64,000 bases of DNA, taken from NCBI RefSeq assembly GCF_009914755.1, contig NC_060936.1. The stretch is one strand, 5' to 3'. How positions within the stretch are numbered: position 1 is the first letter of the stretch; each line of letters begins with the position of its first letter. Below, piece by piece: positions 1 through 16,483 of the stretch. Position numbers and translations under genes: made by a program. The notes under the pieces are model-generated. The model had not been told where the DNA came from, searched no databases, and saw only the letters and a list, made by a program, of their open reading frames with translations. The DNA is from the human T2T-CHM13v2.0 reference genome, Homo sapiens.

Positions 1-649
1 CTAGTGGCCTTTCAAACTTTTATATTCTCCTTGATTTCCACAAGCACTTGGAGGAGAGTGGCTTGAATTTCTGTCTCCAAGCAGAGCATTCACCCTGAGC
101 TCCAGAACCACACTCCAACTGCCTGCGGGACAAAGCCCTGCCCATCCCTCATGCTCTGCCTAATCCGGCCTCAATGACTCCCTCCCTCCTGCACCCCCAC
201 TGCCCCTCCCCTCCCCGCTCACCAGAGCCCTGTCTCCTACTCACTTCCACTTGAAGCCCGGTTATCACCACTCACTCAGCAGCACTACCCAGGCACATCC
301 TGGGTGCCAGGCACTGTGCTGGGTGCCAAGGACAAAAAGACAAACATGACAAAATGCAGCCCCCAAGCCAGTGGGGGACACAGGGAAGTGACTTACAAAA
401 TGTGTGTCAAGTGCCACAGGAGAGGTATACAAAGAAGCTAAGAGACCACGTGCCTGTGACAGAGGTGGGGAAAGCACTTCAGGTCAGCAGGAGAGGGGAA
501 GTGAGAAAGGGAGTCGGGCCAGCTGGTCCGAATACCTCTCCCAGAGCCCTAGCTCAAATCCTAATTTCTTCCTAACCTCCACTTCCGCCGCCAACCTGGT
601 CCTGCCACGCCAAGCCAGCCCACGCTTTGCTGACAGATTAACCTCCCTA

Positions 650-1022
<373 letters not shown>

Positions 1023-1502
1023 CTAAATTAACCACCATGGGGCGCACACCCTGGCACTCCCCCTCACCAGCCCTATTTCTTGTCATTTCTCTACACACAA
1101 GTACATGCCATCTGGCCAAAGTAGACGAGAACTCGCTCGTCGGACAACCCATCCCTGCTTTCCTGCCTCTGTGCCTGTGTCACTTCCTCCTGAGCCCCCA
1201 TTTTTGTCCATCAAAAGCCTACTTAGAGAAATAAATAATTCACAACAGTGGACATGGGGAAGAGCACACTGAGGGCAGAGCACAAGGCGGGGGGTTCCGC
1301 CGGTTGGCAGTGTTTACTTCCTCGGCTGGGTAGCAGGTAGACAAAGTTCCTTATTCTCTGTGCCCTCTGGTAGATATTATTCTATTTAATAATTTATTTT
1401 CTTAACGTTTACCTACCCACCAAGTCTGTCTCTTTTGTTTTGTGGGAACGTAAGTTAAAAAACAAAAACAAAAAAAGTCTGTCTCTTGCATCAGAAACCT
1501 AA

Positions 1503-1922
<420 letters not shown>

Positions 1923-3927
1923 TAAGAGAACAGTTGACAGTTCAGTGGCACCGAGTACATTCATATTATTATGCCACCATCACCACCATCTACCTCTAGA
2001 GCCCTTCATCTTCCCTAACAAACTCCCTATTCCCTCTTGTATTGTAGACATTTCTGTATTTAGTTTATTCCCAAATTATAATCTAGCAATTATGTCCTAC
2101 TTGTGTATCTATCCCTTACAATGCCCTGCACAGGGAAGTGTTCAAGAGCTGTGGAACTGAAATGGAATCTTCCATTTGGGCATCAAGGAAACTACGCCTT
2201 TTAGCTAACAATAACTATTTACCAAGTGTTCACTCTGTGCTAAGTATCATATTAGGCATCTTACTTATTTCATTTAATCTACCCAACAATGCTATGAAAA
2301 AGGTTATTGTTATTTTCTCCTTAATTTCCAGTGAGGTAACTACAATTAAAAAGACTAAATACTTGTCAAAGGTCAACTACTGGTATCAAAAGCCAGTTCT
2401 GACTCCGACCACTGTGTGATGCCACCCACCACTGCACTTTTAGCAAACGCAGAAGAGCAACTAAATAAATTGATCAAATTTCATCTAAGCCAGTCTACAT
2501 ATTCTGAAAATTGCATCTTAATAAAAGGGAGCTGGCCTCTACTGAATGCTTCCTCTGTACCATTTCTGTTGTGACATTTAGCCTTACAAGTACTCTAAAA
2601 GATAGGCATATTATCCTTCCTTTAACAGTTGAGGAAACTGAAGCACAGGGTTTAAGTCACTTAAAGTCACACAACTCAGCTCCGTGCTTTCCATGAAATC
2701 TTGATGCCTCACTTAAGGATAAAATGACATACAACTGAATTTCAGTACATATTCCTAGGCACAGTAATTTTTTACTCATGTAAAAGGTCCATGGAAAAGA
2801 TTTAAACGTAAAAGTTGAAGCCTTTACACGTACATAATGATTATAAAACATGGATAAAAACAAACTCCAGTAGTATTATACTCAAGAGTGCAAATCTTAG
2901 CTTCTAAAACAGTCTCACCAGCATTCAGAGTGTGTTTGGGAGCCGGTCCCTGGATTTAAAGCAAGGTCAATACATTTCAATGAGCCATTATGATTCATGC
3001 AGTAGCTTTCAGCCCCCCACACAAATCACACCCGAACACGCCTTAGGGAAACAGCTTCTTCCAGACCAGAGCTCTTTACTTTCCACAAAACAATCTGTCT
3101 TTCAGACCCTCAGCATTTTTGCATGCGGGCATGGGCATTTTCATGCCATGGGAACAAAGATCCCCAATTTGAATTGTTAGTGGAATCTTTAGCAGTAACC
3201 AATCAGCATTTCCTCAGAAAGCACAGTGAAGAAGTAATTCAAGAGGTCCGGTTTAGTTGCCTAATCCCCTAAGCGACAGTTCCTTTTAAGGGAGTGCCCT
3301 GCAAGTCCAATGGGGTTAATGTTGACAGATGAAGGCACATTCCACTGCCATGTAAAAATAACTTTAAATAAAAATAAAATACATGCATATGAAACATTAG
3401 CCTGCAGCACAGACAAGAGAATAAGATCATGAAGGATATACTACATTTAGGGAATTGCATAATGAACAGGAGGAACAGGAAGAGAGAAACTGACACACAG
3501 GCCCAGAAAATGAGGACCGTAGCTCCGAAATCATGTTCACTACTTAAACTGCACTGAAACTCACACGCCACAATTAAAACAATGTAAGTGACGCATAATG
3601 AACAGCTGCACTTAAACCTAACAGTGAATGCCTTCAAAACCTAGCCACATTTTCCAGCCTCCACAAAATATCCCCTCAGGCTTAAAGAAGCCTTACTCTA
3701 CAATTTAAAACACTTCCTTCTGCCAATTAAAAAAAAAAAAAAAGAAATCCTTTGGTTCAGGTTAAGAAATTCTATGCTGGGAAAGGCCTGTTATATTTAC
3801 CATTTCACCCTATACCTACTCAAATACATAATCATTTTGACCACAGAAAGATCAATGTTTGGCTGGGCGTGGTGGCCCATGCCTGTAATCCCAGCACTTT
3901 GGGAAATCAAGGCAGGAAGATGGTTTA

Positions 3928-4323
<396 letters not shown>

Positions 4324-6999
4324 CTAATTGCAAATCATAATTTACTCAACATTCTTGAAATGGGATCCTAGTAACTTTCAGGATGATCTGGTATTAATGA
4401 TTGTCAGTCATCTTTCAAAAAGAGAACTATTAATATAAGTGATTAATTATTGCAATTACTTTTTATTGAGCCCTACTGATGGGCTGTGTTAAGTACTAAC
4501 AGGCATCATCTCACCTGATCCTCACTCTATGAAATAGGTATTACTGTCATATTATCCTTTTCCAACAGATACTCAGGCAGGTGAAGTGACTTGCCTGCAA
4601 TCACACAGCTGGGAAGCGGCCAAGTCCAGTCTGGAGTGTGTGATTCCAAAACCAGAATGTTCTTTAACACGCCATCACAAATGTTCCATTTGGTCAACAG
4701 TGGATAGTTCATAAAATATTTTCTTCTATTGTGTCTCACAATTACCCCCAACATAAGCCAATGCATAGCATTACCAGATGAGTGAAACTACCATGACCAA
4801 AAATTTCGGTTCACATTACACCCATTCCGAGAAAGGCACACCACACATGACCAGGACGACAGGATTGACAGTGATCCTCGCTAGGTGAGCTAAGGTATTT
4901 TGGTTTTCAAGTTGTTTCCTTGTTTTAAAAGCACTACACCCAGAAAAGCAAACTACTGCTGAGTAATTTAATGTGAACTATGCAGGCTTATCAAGTGGAG
5001 TCGCTCAGGCCTCAATACTTCTCTTGGGTATTCAGGTATGAAGGTCACTTTTACTCAAAAAAAAAAAAAAAAAAAAATCCTGCCAGATGAATTTACCTTT
5101 CTCTTTAAAAAATAATCTTCAGGTTCTGAGGTAGAGGAAACAGGTGAGGTTGTCCCTAACAGCCTCCAAGTGAACAGAATGAACTTGATTCTTTCCACAA
5201 GCTTCCCTCCACTAAAGGCAGTTTATTTCTATTAATGTTCCACCAACAAAGCTACAGTACTCAGTTCTTACTGCAACAGAATAGTCACATATACCAAAAT
5301 AACTTGTAGGCAGTGTTACACATTAGAAAAATATACCTATCATTTTATTATTAAACCAGAAAAACCCTGCTGACAATCAACAAAAGGTCTCCCAGCAACT
5401 GAAAAGCAGAGAAACTAAGCAAAGATTTTTTCTTTGGAGACATGAAACTCATTCAGCTAAGAAGGATGGATTTTATCACTTATTATTCTCCAAAATGGAA
5501 GGTGCCACATGGAGACCATAAACGGGGTACACTGCATCTTGGAGCAACGTTATTATGTGTCAAGTTACAAAGCCCATGAATACAAGGGGTGTATTAATGG
5601 AAAGACTGATACCATCTTACTACAGTGGCCTCTCTGTAGCTCCGGACAATGATCTGTTGAGGGTTTTCCAGGGATTTTGAATGTGCAACCTCCATACAAG
5701 CTCTCTTTTAAGGGGGCTGGCTTGGTGCTGAACAATCCCTCTTCGGAAAGAAAGCCAAAAGCCCCCACACGGGCTCCTGGGTGAGAGGCTCAGCACTGTA
5801 GGCGTGGGAAGGCTCAGACTTCAGAGACATAAAGGAGTGGTAGGTGGGCCAGGAAGAGCTGGGATTAGCCTGGGCCCACCTGCCTGGAGGAGAACCAGAC
5901 CCAAAAGATCAGACTTTCCGAGAATGAGTCCAAATGGGTTGAGAGAAAGGGAGCACACACTGCAAATCTGCAAGGATGAAGTCAGTTACCCGAGAGCAAA
6001 CCACACCTCAAGGTGTGAAGGAAGATAACCAGAAACAGGAGCTGGCACATGCCTTCCAGGGGCTGGGCAAGGCTTGACTCTCAGAGGTGAGGGTTGGCAG
6101 CCAGCCCCAAACCCCCATTTTAACTTCTTCCTGAAACTGCTCCAGGAACCTTCCTTAGTTCCAGACACGTGGGACACAGTGGTACAAAGCCAGCCACACT
6201 AAATTTCCCACCTTCCCTTCCTCGGTGGAGGGGGCAACCCTTACAGAAAAACGTATCCTGTCGCCACCCTTAGGCCCATCCACGAACTCCCGTAACTCTG
6301 CTGGGGCCACTTCAAAAGAAGTCAGACTCCAGGGGCATTATTGGGACCCCTTAGATACATGGAACCTTCAAACCTTACCCTGGCTATGGTATGACCATGG
6401 ACTCCTGCCTCCAAACCCTGGGCTGGGGACCCTCGCCCAACCCTTAAAGAGCCTCAGAACCACCTCATAGACTCAGCTACAGACCCTCAGCCTCCCGAAC
6501 CCATCTTGGAACCCTCAATCCTCTCCTAAGAGTCCTATTTGGATAGTCCACTCAGTCCCCCAAAACCTACTCTGATCCCCTATAGCTGCCTCAGTCCCCC
6601 TGGATGTCCCCAACCTTTCCTCTCAAAGGAAACCCCCCAACCTCTACCAGATCTAGCTCTTGGTCCCCCTCAGTCACCCCTAATCCTCGCCTCCGACTCA
6701 GCCCTTATTACTCTCCCCGCTCCTCCGACCAAACCAATCTCAGATCCCCCCAGTTCCGTCCTCTTCCGCCTAGACCCAACGATAGCACTCTAATCCCCAA
6801 ATTCCCATTCCAGGCTCCCTAATCTCCACTTCAGACCCAGCCTTAAGTCTTCAGACCCAGCCTTAAGTCCTCAGCCCCACAAAACCTTGTCTCAGGACCC
6901 CCAATCGGCTCCCCAAGCCCCGTCTCAGGACCCTTTTTCCCGCCTCCGCCCTAGTCTCGGTCCCCTCAGTGCCTCAAACCCCCTCTCAGGCCCCCTATT

Positions 7000-7770
7000 C
7001 CTGCCTAAGCACCAGTCGCGGTTCCCTGGCTCCCGCACCCCGCCCCAAGCGCCCCCATTTCTAGCCCAGTCCCCTCAACACGACCGGAGGCGCCGCGGTC
7101 GCCTCCGCCTCCGGCCACCGTTCGAGGAGCGAACCCCGCTCGAGGCCTCACAGCCGCCGCCTTAAGCCCAGCTCGGCTCACCTCCTCCATCTTCTGCACC
7201 ATCTCCGTCAGCTGGCCCTCGTCCTCCAGCAGCTCGTTGAGCTGCACCAGCGACAGCCCGGCGAACCGGGCTTCGCTCCCGGCGCCCGCCATCCCCACGT
7301 CTCGGCCGTCGTCGCCACCGCCGCTGCGGCCACCAGGCTCCGCCGACCGGAAGCGCCGCCCTCAAGGGCCGCCCCCCGCGGGGGGGACACGTGACGCCAG
7401 CCCTGGGTCGTGACGTCATCACCGCGCGGGCGGGCGGACGTGACGTAAGTGTCGCGGCTCGCTTGGAGTGGAATGTGTCAGGGACAGTCGGGACTTCTAA
7501 AGGGAGGGGAAGGGCCCTATGATTGGGCTGTGACGCGTGAGCGCATTAATGACGTCACTGCGGCTCGGGAGAGCGCGCCATGAGGTCATAAGAGCCTTTT
7601 TCCTCCAGGAAGAGAGATACCGCGATCCAAGGAAAACAGGCAGTGGGAAGGAAGTTCCCGCAGCCTGTGAGCCCAGCCCGATGCACGGAACCCAAAAGAC
7701 AGAGACTTCATGGGGAAACAACTTTAGGTGTCATTGGTTACTTGGAATTGTGGAGCTGCCACGTCATTCA
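7000..7770 (-). promoter_or_regulatory. VPS37B: CpG-island promoter and 5'UTR of VPS37B
   Basis: High GC and CpG density at about 7000-7640. ETS site ACCGGAAG 7346-7353, E-box CACGTG 7388-7393, full CREs TGACGTCA at 7411-7418 and 7550-7557, TGACGTAA 7441-7448, CCAAT (minus strand) 7522-7526. Confidence 0.88.
7182..7292 (-). CDS. VPS37B: VPS37B (ESCRT-I subunit) coding exon 1, 37 codons MAGAGSEARFAGLSLVQLNELLEDEGQLTEMVQKMEE; remaining exons lie left of the window
   Basis: ATG at 7292-7290 in a strong Kozak context (GGGATGG). 111 nt, followed by the donor GAG|GTGAGC at 7181. Peptide recognised as the VPS37B N-terminus; lies in a CpG island next to ABCB9. Confidence 0.93.
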
Positions 7771-8751
7771 TTTAACAAATATGTTTTGAGACCTACTCTG
7801 TACTGGGCATTGAGTATACAGTTCTGAATAAAGCAAAACGGACCCCTGCTTACATGGAGCTAACAGAATGAAAGAGGACGCAAACAAAACAAGAAATAAG
7901 TAAAATAATTAGGCGATCACAAATAAGGGAATGGACACTGAAATAAGAAAATAAAAAGACCTTTAGGGTAGTAAGAGATGGCACTTTCGGAGAAGGTGGC
8001 GTCTAAGGAAATGTGAAGGATGAGAAGGGAGGAACCAGCCACCATTCCTGTAGGAAGCTCAAGGCAGCAAAACCAGCACGTGCAAAGGCCCTGGGACAGG
8101 ACTAACTTGGTGCATTCAGGAATGGGAAGAAGGCCAGTAAGGCTGGAGCATTTTGAGCAAGGACCCATTGAGTGGCCCCTTTGCATCACCTCAGAGGAAG
8201 GTGCCCAGACATCCAGGTGGGCCAACCTGTGCTCTTTCAGAAACAACACGATTTAGGGTGCAGTCGCTCTCAGTCTCTCAGCTACCGGGAAGCCTCTTAA
8301 GATCCAGGAGCCTGGGAACTCATTATCCTACTTTGGAATCTGTCACAGTTCTAGTTAGAAGAAACCTAAGGCTGAGGTTAACCATGACAGCCCCCTAATT
8401 TTACACATAAGGGAACTGAAGCCCTGAGAAGGGGAAATTTTTTGGGCTTTTGCTTTGTTTCTGAAAATCAAGTAATTGGCAGGTCTCCTGGCTCCCAGTC
8501 TGGCGTCCACCACGCTGGCATCATAACACACTGACCTCGTCTCATAACTCAGCTCTGAACACAGTCGAGGCATTCAGCAAATGCTTATCGGCAGACTTAG
8601 GGGCTTTGTGTATAAAGCTGATTCTTCTGCAACTCCATGGGTAAAACATAAGGTCTGTGTTCTCCATCCATACGTTAGGCTGGGCTCTGCCAACCTCTTC
8701 TCTCCTTCCAGCCCGTTGTACTAAGGGCTCGTGTTTGCAGAAAAATGATGA

Positions 8752-9342
<591 letters not shown>

Positions 9343-10277
9343 TGATCTTCTGACCTCGTGATCCGCCCACCTTGGCCTCCCAAAGTGCTGGGATTACAGG
9401 CGTGAGCCACCGTACCCGGCCAAGCTAAAGGTTTTATTGAGCTCAAAAGGACACTCGGTAATTTTCTTCCTTCTAACTTGTTATACTTGGTGAAGAAAGA
9501 TGGCTCTAAGGAGGAAAGGACACAAGTGGGAAGGAGATGTAGGAAGCTGGCGTTTCTTTTTTCCTTCTCCCTCCAGGAGAAGAATAGACCTGTCAAATTG
9601 AGAATAGTAGCTCTATTTCCAGGAAATCCTCTCTATGAGGCTTAAGATGTCCAGGAATTTCTCATAGTCCCCACAGAAGGTGAGAATAAGGTAGGGGTCA
9701 GAGCTCTCCAGAATCTAGAGGGATGATGTGATTTAACCAAGAACATACCCCAGGAACAAAACTGGCTTCAGAATGGCATACCTATATACAGTGACCTCTA
9801 AACGTACTAAGTTTAAACACGGCTCACTTGCCACCCTTGCCCAGTCCTTTTATAACTATTCTCATACTTGCTATCTGCCACCAACCTATTGGAGTCATAC
9901 ACCACTTCCTTTGTTAAACAGAGCAAACCACAAAATCATCTTGTTTTCTGCTGCTCTAAAAACTTCTTGTCATTCTTAAAGGGGATTGAGAGAAGAAAAG
10001 AAAATGTCAAAGCTTCCTTGCGTCAGTGTCAAACCTGTCAATTTAATGCATGGATGGATTTGCATGTCTTTTTCCTTTTATCGGTTGGCTGATATTTGGG
10101 TTTCTTTATGCACCTACATCTGCTTGTAATGCTTGTGGGTTAACTAAGAGTTTGCTCTGGTGAATCAAGGGCAATGTATGCATGTGCCAGAGCTTCACTC
10201 TCAATGGGAGCATTGTTGCCGTCTGAGCAATGAGTCTCCTGTTACACAATATTGGGAATTGTTTGGCAAGCATACTT

Positions 10278-10280
<3 letters not shown>

Positions 10281-10311
<31 letters not shown>
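10281..10311. repeat. (AC)n microsatellite
   Basis: About 15 uninterrupted AC units. Confidence 0.95.
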
Positions 10312-10312
<1 letters not shown>

Positions 10313-10613
10313 CCTTTGCATAGTTGAACCTAAAAATCTTCTAGCCTTGGGATTAGAATTCTTTCTCTCCCATTGGTAGATTTATCCAGAAATAATTTCC
10401 AGTTTGAGACGCTGGGAAAAAATGTATTAATAAGAAGGTGTCCATAGCATAGCACACATAGCTACAAAACTATGTGTGCGCACTAGAGGAATTATTCCCC
10501 CAGGTGTCAGGTGGAACAGCCATGCTTCTCTGGGGACTCACAGCCTGATGTCACCACCATGTCACTGTCATGTACTAATACCTACATGTCCAAAATGACC
10601 TACATACTAGTCA

Positions 10614-10943
<330 letters not shown>

Positions 10944-11116
10944 TCAGCCTGGAAGACGGAGGTCTATAGAATGGTCATAGGAGGGGAGGGTGAATAAATG
11001 ACATTATGAGAACTTAAATGTCCAACACTATGGGAATGGTTAAGTAAATTGTAGTAAATCTGATCAATGGTATATTTTCAGCCATTAAAATAAGATACGC
11101 AAAGACTATGAAGCTA

Positions 11117-11557
<441 letters not shown>

Positions 11558-12437
11558 CTATAGGACAAAGACTCGAGGGTAACAAAGTATTTAAGTTGTT
11601 AGTGGAGAAGTTAGTGATTTTTTTTTTAAGGTTACAACAATGCTTGTGGATTGAAGTTTTTTTTGGTTTTGTTTTTGTTTTTTTGAGACAGAGTTTCGCT
11701 CTGCCGCCCAGGCTGGAGTTCAGTGGCATGATCTCAGCTCACTGCAACCTCCGCCTCCCAGGATCAAGTGATTCTCATGCCTCAGCCTCCTGAGTAGCTG
11801 GGATTACAGGCACATGCCACCACACCCAGCTAGTTTTTATATTTTTAGTAGAGACGGGGTTTCAACATGTTGGCCAGGCTGGTCTCGAACTCCTGATCTC
11901 AGGTGATCCACCCACCTTGGCCTCCCAAAGTGCTGAGATTACAGGAGTGAGCCACTACACCCGGCCAAGGATTTTTGTATTTTTTTTTTTAACTAAAAGG
12001 AAGAAAACGAATATAACTAATGTAAATGTAGCTGCTCACAACCTCAAGAAAAACAAAAAAGAGTTTATTAAATATCACTGGCAAAACCAAAATGGTCACC
12101 AACAAAAATAACAAAATCCTGCAAACCCAAACTTACGTGCTGCACCAACCCACAATAAATAAAAATGTATTGGGTGATATGCCATGAAACAGAGCAGGGC
12201 AGATTTTCACAGCCTGATTTTCACTAAACTCCCTGCTGGAGTGTTACTGAAAATTCACTTTTCTTACTATTTACTTAAAGGAAGATGGGGGTCTTAATCT
12301 TGCTCTTTTTTTTTATCTCTCAACAAAAATGCTTCTGTTTTGCATCATTATTTCATATTTAAAAAGAGGTGATAAAGCTATTTTTACCTCTTGTGTTGAT
12401 CAACCCAGCCAGGGAGAACAACTGCAAGACCACTTAA

Positions 12438-12731
12438 CTTTTTTTTTTTTTTTTGAGACGGAGTCTCACTGTCGCCCAGGCTGGAGTGAGTGGCACAATC
12501 TTGGCTCACTGCAGGCTCCGCCCCCTGGGGTTCACACCATTCTCCTGCCTCAGCCTCCCGAGTAGCTGGGACTACAGGCGCCCGCCACCTCGCTCGGCTA
12601 ATTTTTTGTATTTTAAGTAGAGATGGGGTTTCACTGTGTTAGCCAGGATGGTCTCGATCTCCTGACCTCGTGATCCGCCCGCCTCGGCCTCCCAAAGTGC
12701 TGGGATTACAGGCGTGAGCCACCGCGCCTGG
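12438..12731 (-). mobile_element. AluY-family element with AluYe-like diagnostics
   Basis: CpG-rich. Minus strand reads CCCCAGGGGGCGGAGCCTGCAG and GCGAGGTGGCGGG. TSD caagaccactta(a/g)ctttt. Subfamily call is from memory. Confidence 0.6.
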
Positions 12732-13603
12732 CAAGACCACTTAGCTTTTGCTTCCCTTATGAATGATTTCTCTGGTCACCCCTAGAGAGGACCCCAACTG
12801 TTTTCAAGTCCCAGAACCTTGCTTTCCTCATTAAAATAGCCTTCAGAAAGTGGCCCTGCAGCATTTTTTGCCTGATTTGCCTTGACACCGCAGATAAACC
12901 ACAGAGGCAACAGCCTGTTCTCTGCTTATATGCATTGCGATAAGCCTGACAGTTTCAAGAAGATTAGGTTCATCCACTAAGAAATTAACTCAGCTCTAAC
13001 ATTCACCTCGAACCCTGACAATGTTGAAAAACCTTACGTCTAAGTGGTTATAACACTTGAGTTGGTTTACACATAGGTAAAAGTACAAAGACAGGATTTC
13101 CAGGCATTGGGTTTGCAAATTCTCTAGAGAGAAACTAGAAACTGAAACCCTCTCAAGGTGGTTTTTTGTTTTGTTTTGTTTTGTTTTTTTTTAGGAAACC
13201 TTTATAGGTTTTTGTTTGCTTGCTTCTTTAGTTACAAAAGTAATTTGCACCTTGAATTTCTTAACTGAGTCATGGGCTTATATTATTATCTATTCCTTTT
13301 GATAAATTTGAACTATTTATAATAAAATATACAAATTAACATCCAAATACTTAAAAATAACGTTTGTTTACTGTAAAAACTGTCTAAACTGTGAGAAGTG
13401 TGTAAGCTGAAAAGTTAACAACAAACCCTATTGAACCCATGTCCCAGAGGTAGCCACAGTGATCAGTTTTGTTTCGGTTCTAGAATTTTTAAAAAGATAA
13501 ACATGTACGGGCTGGGCGTGGTGGCTCACGCCTGTAATCCCAGCACTTTGGGAGGCCGAGGCGGGTGGATCATGAGGTCAGGAGATCGAGAACAGCCTGG
13601 CTA

Positions 13604-13822
<219 letters not shown>

Positions 13823-14390
13823 TCATTTAATAGAAGTGGGGTCTTACTACTCTGCAATGGCATTTCGGTACTGTACTTTCAGCTATACCACATTCTTTTT
13901 AACTACTGTATAGTATTCCAGAGTATACACTGTGGCATACATGGATGCATTTAGTTATGAGACAGGGTCTCATGTTATAGCCCAGGCTGGAGTGCAGTGA
14001 TGAGATCATAGCTCAATGCAGCCTCAAACTCCTGGCCTGAAGCAATCCTCCCTACTCAGCCTCCTGAGTAGTTGAGACTACAGGTATGTGCCACCATGCC
14101 TGACTTACTGTGGCATTTAGATTTCTCTTTGTCCATACAATAAGCTGTGAAAAACAGCCTTGTGTACTTAATCTTTCTGTACATCTTAAGCCTATATGTA
14201 GGATAATTTCATAGAAATTGAATCACTTTTTTTTGTTGTTGTTTTTTGACAGGGTCTTTCTCTGTTGCCCAAGCTGGAGTGCAGCAGCACAATCTTGGCT
14301 CACTGCTCAAGCCTCAAGCTCCTGGGCTCAAGTGATCCTCCCACCTCAGCCTCTTGAGTAGCTGGGACCATAGGCACACACCACTATGCC

Positions 14391-14701
<311 letters not shown>

Positions 14702-16052
14702 CCAGGCCAACATAGTGAAACCCCATCTCTACAAAAAAATTAAAAATTAGCTAGGCATGGTGGTGTGCACCTGTGGTCCCAGCTACTCGGAAGGCTGAGG
14801 CATAAGAATCTCTTGAACCCGGAAGGTAGATCTCGGTTACAGTGGCGTGATCTTGGCACTTTGGGAGGCAAAGGTGGGAGGATCTCTTGAGCCCAGGAGT
14901 TCAAGATCAGCCTGGGCAACATGGAAAAACCCTGTCTCTACTAAAAATACAAAAATTAGCCGGGCGTGGTGATGCATGCCTGTAATTCCAGCACTTGGGA
15001 GACTAGATGGGAGGATCACCTGAGCCCAGGAAGTCGAGGCTGCAGTGAGCAGTGATCGTGCCACTGTACTCCAGCCTGGGCAACAAAGGGAGACCCTGTC
15101 TCGAAAAAAAAAAAATTACCTGGGTATGGTGGCACATGCCTGTAGTCCCAGCTACTTAGGAGGCTGAGTCAGGAGGATTGCTTGAGCCCAGGATTTGGAG
15201 GCTGCAGTGAGATATGATCGTGCCACTGCTCTCCAGCCTGGGTGACAGAGCGAGACCCTGTCTCAAAAATAATAATAAAATGGCATAAAATAAAATTCAA
15301 ATAGTAGATAAGGGGGTCAAACAAAAACCATTAACAACTTGTGTTTCCTTCCAGAAGTTTTTTCAGTGCTTATTCAAGCAACTATATTCATATCCACCCT
15401 CCTACCCACTTACTTTTTTTTTTTAAAGCAAGAGAGATCACACTCTACTTATATGGAACGTGTCACTTTGCAATCATATAGCTAAGGACAAATCAATATA
15501 ACTCCTTAGCGACATTAGCTGACCCATAGCTGGTTCCAAAAACTCTTGAAACCTATTCAACAGGTGTTGCCTGAATTTACCTTTCCCCTAGTAGTGCTGA
15601 AAATAACGTTGGTGTTTTTTTTTTTTTTTCCTTTGAATTCCATGCAGGGTGTTTTCTTCTTTTTTTTTCAAGTGAAGATTCTTCTCAGCAGAAGGTGTTA
15701 ATCCAGGCACTAAATCTGGAACATTCTAATCACTGTGAAATTTTGCATGTCTCGTCTTAGGCAGAAAATGTGTGAAGATACCAGTTTATTCTGCTCTTAC
15801 CTTGCGGTCCTTCTCGAGGTGATTCTGCATATGCTAATGATCTTATGTCAGCTCCCACCTCAGTCACCCCCACCTCTTCACCTCCTGGACCTGTTGCCCT
15901 CAACGTCAGTGCTACAGAAACCCACCTAGTTTACGCTCTTCTTTCAAGAGGGGGGTGCCTTATCTGATGCACTCGAAATCTACTCCCTCCTCCCAAGCCT
16001 TTCTATTTATATAACTGCATAATGTTTAACTGTACAGGGAAGCTATGAATCC

Positions 16053-16483
16053 TGTATTCATTTCCTATGCTGTGACAAACAACCACTAACTTAGTGGCTT
16101 AAGCAACACTCATTTCTTCTCTTACAGTTCTGCAGGTCAGAAGTCCAAAATCACGAAGTCCTAAAGTCAAGATGTTGGCAGCCCTGGTTCTTTCTGGAAA
16201 CTCAGAGGGGAGAATCAGCTCCCTTGCTTTTCTCCCAGCTTCTAGGGGCCTCGGTCAATCTCTGCCTGTTTTCAGATTGCCTCCTCTGACCCTGACGCTC
16301 CTGCCTCCCTCTTAGGAAGCCTTTTGTGATGACATTGGACTCACCTGGATAGCCCAGGCGCCACTCCCCACCGCAAGGCCCTTCGCTTAATCAGACCTGC
16401 AAAGACCTTGTACCACACAAAACAACGCTGGCAGGGCATGAGGATGTGGGTGTAATTGGGGAATTATTATTTAGTCTTCCACG
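16053..16483 (-). mobile_element. MaLR (MLT1-type) LTR, boundaries approximate
   Basis: tgtattcatttcct...acttagtggcttaagcaac...ttacagttctgcaggtcagaagtcc is the reverse complement of the MLT1 3' end. Confidence 0.7.

Noticed and set aside
7162-7422. Overlapping upstream ORF over the VPS37B start
   Set aside because: Its start lies in the CRE cluster, probably upstream of the main TSS. Stop-poor GC-rich DNA produces such ORFs by chance.
15801-15911. Possible minus-strand exon (tttctgtag| ... AAG|GTAAGA)
   Set aside because: Immediate stop in phase 0, a short pyrimidine tract and no partner exon identifiable; cannot be supported without RNA data.
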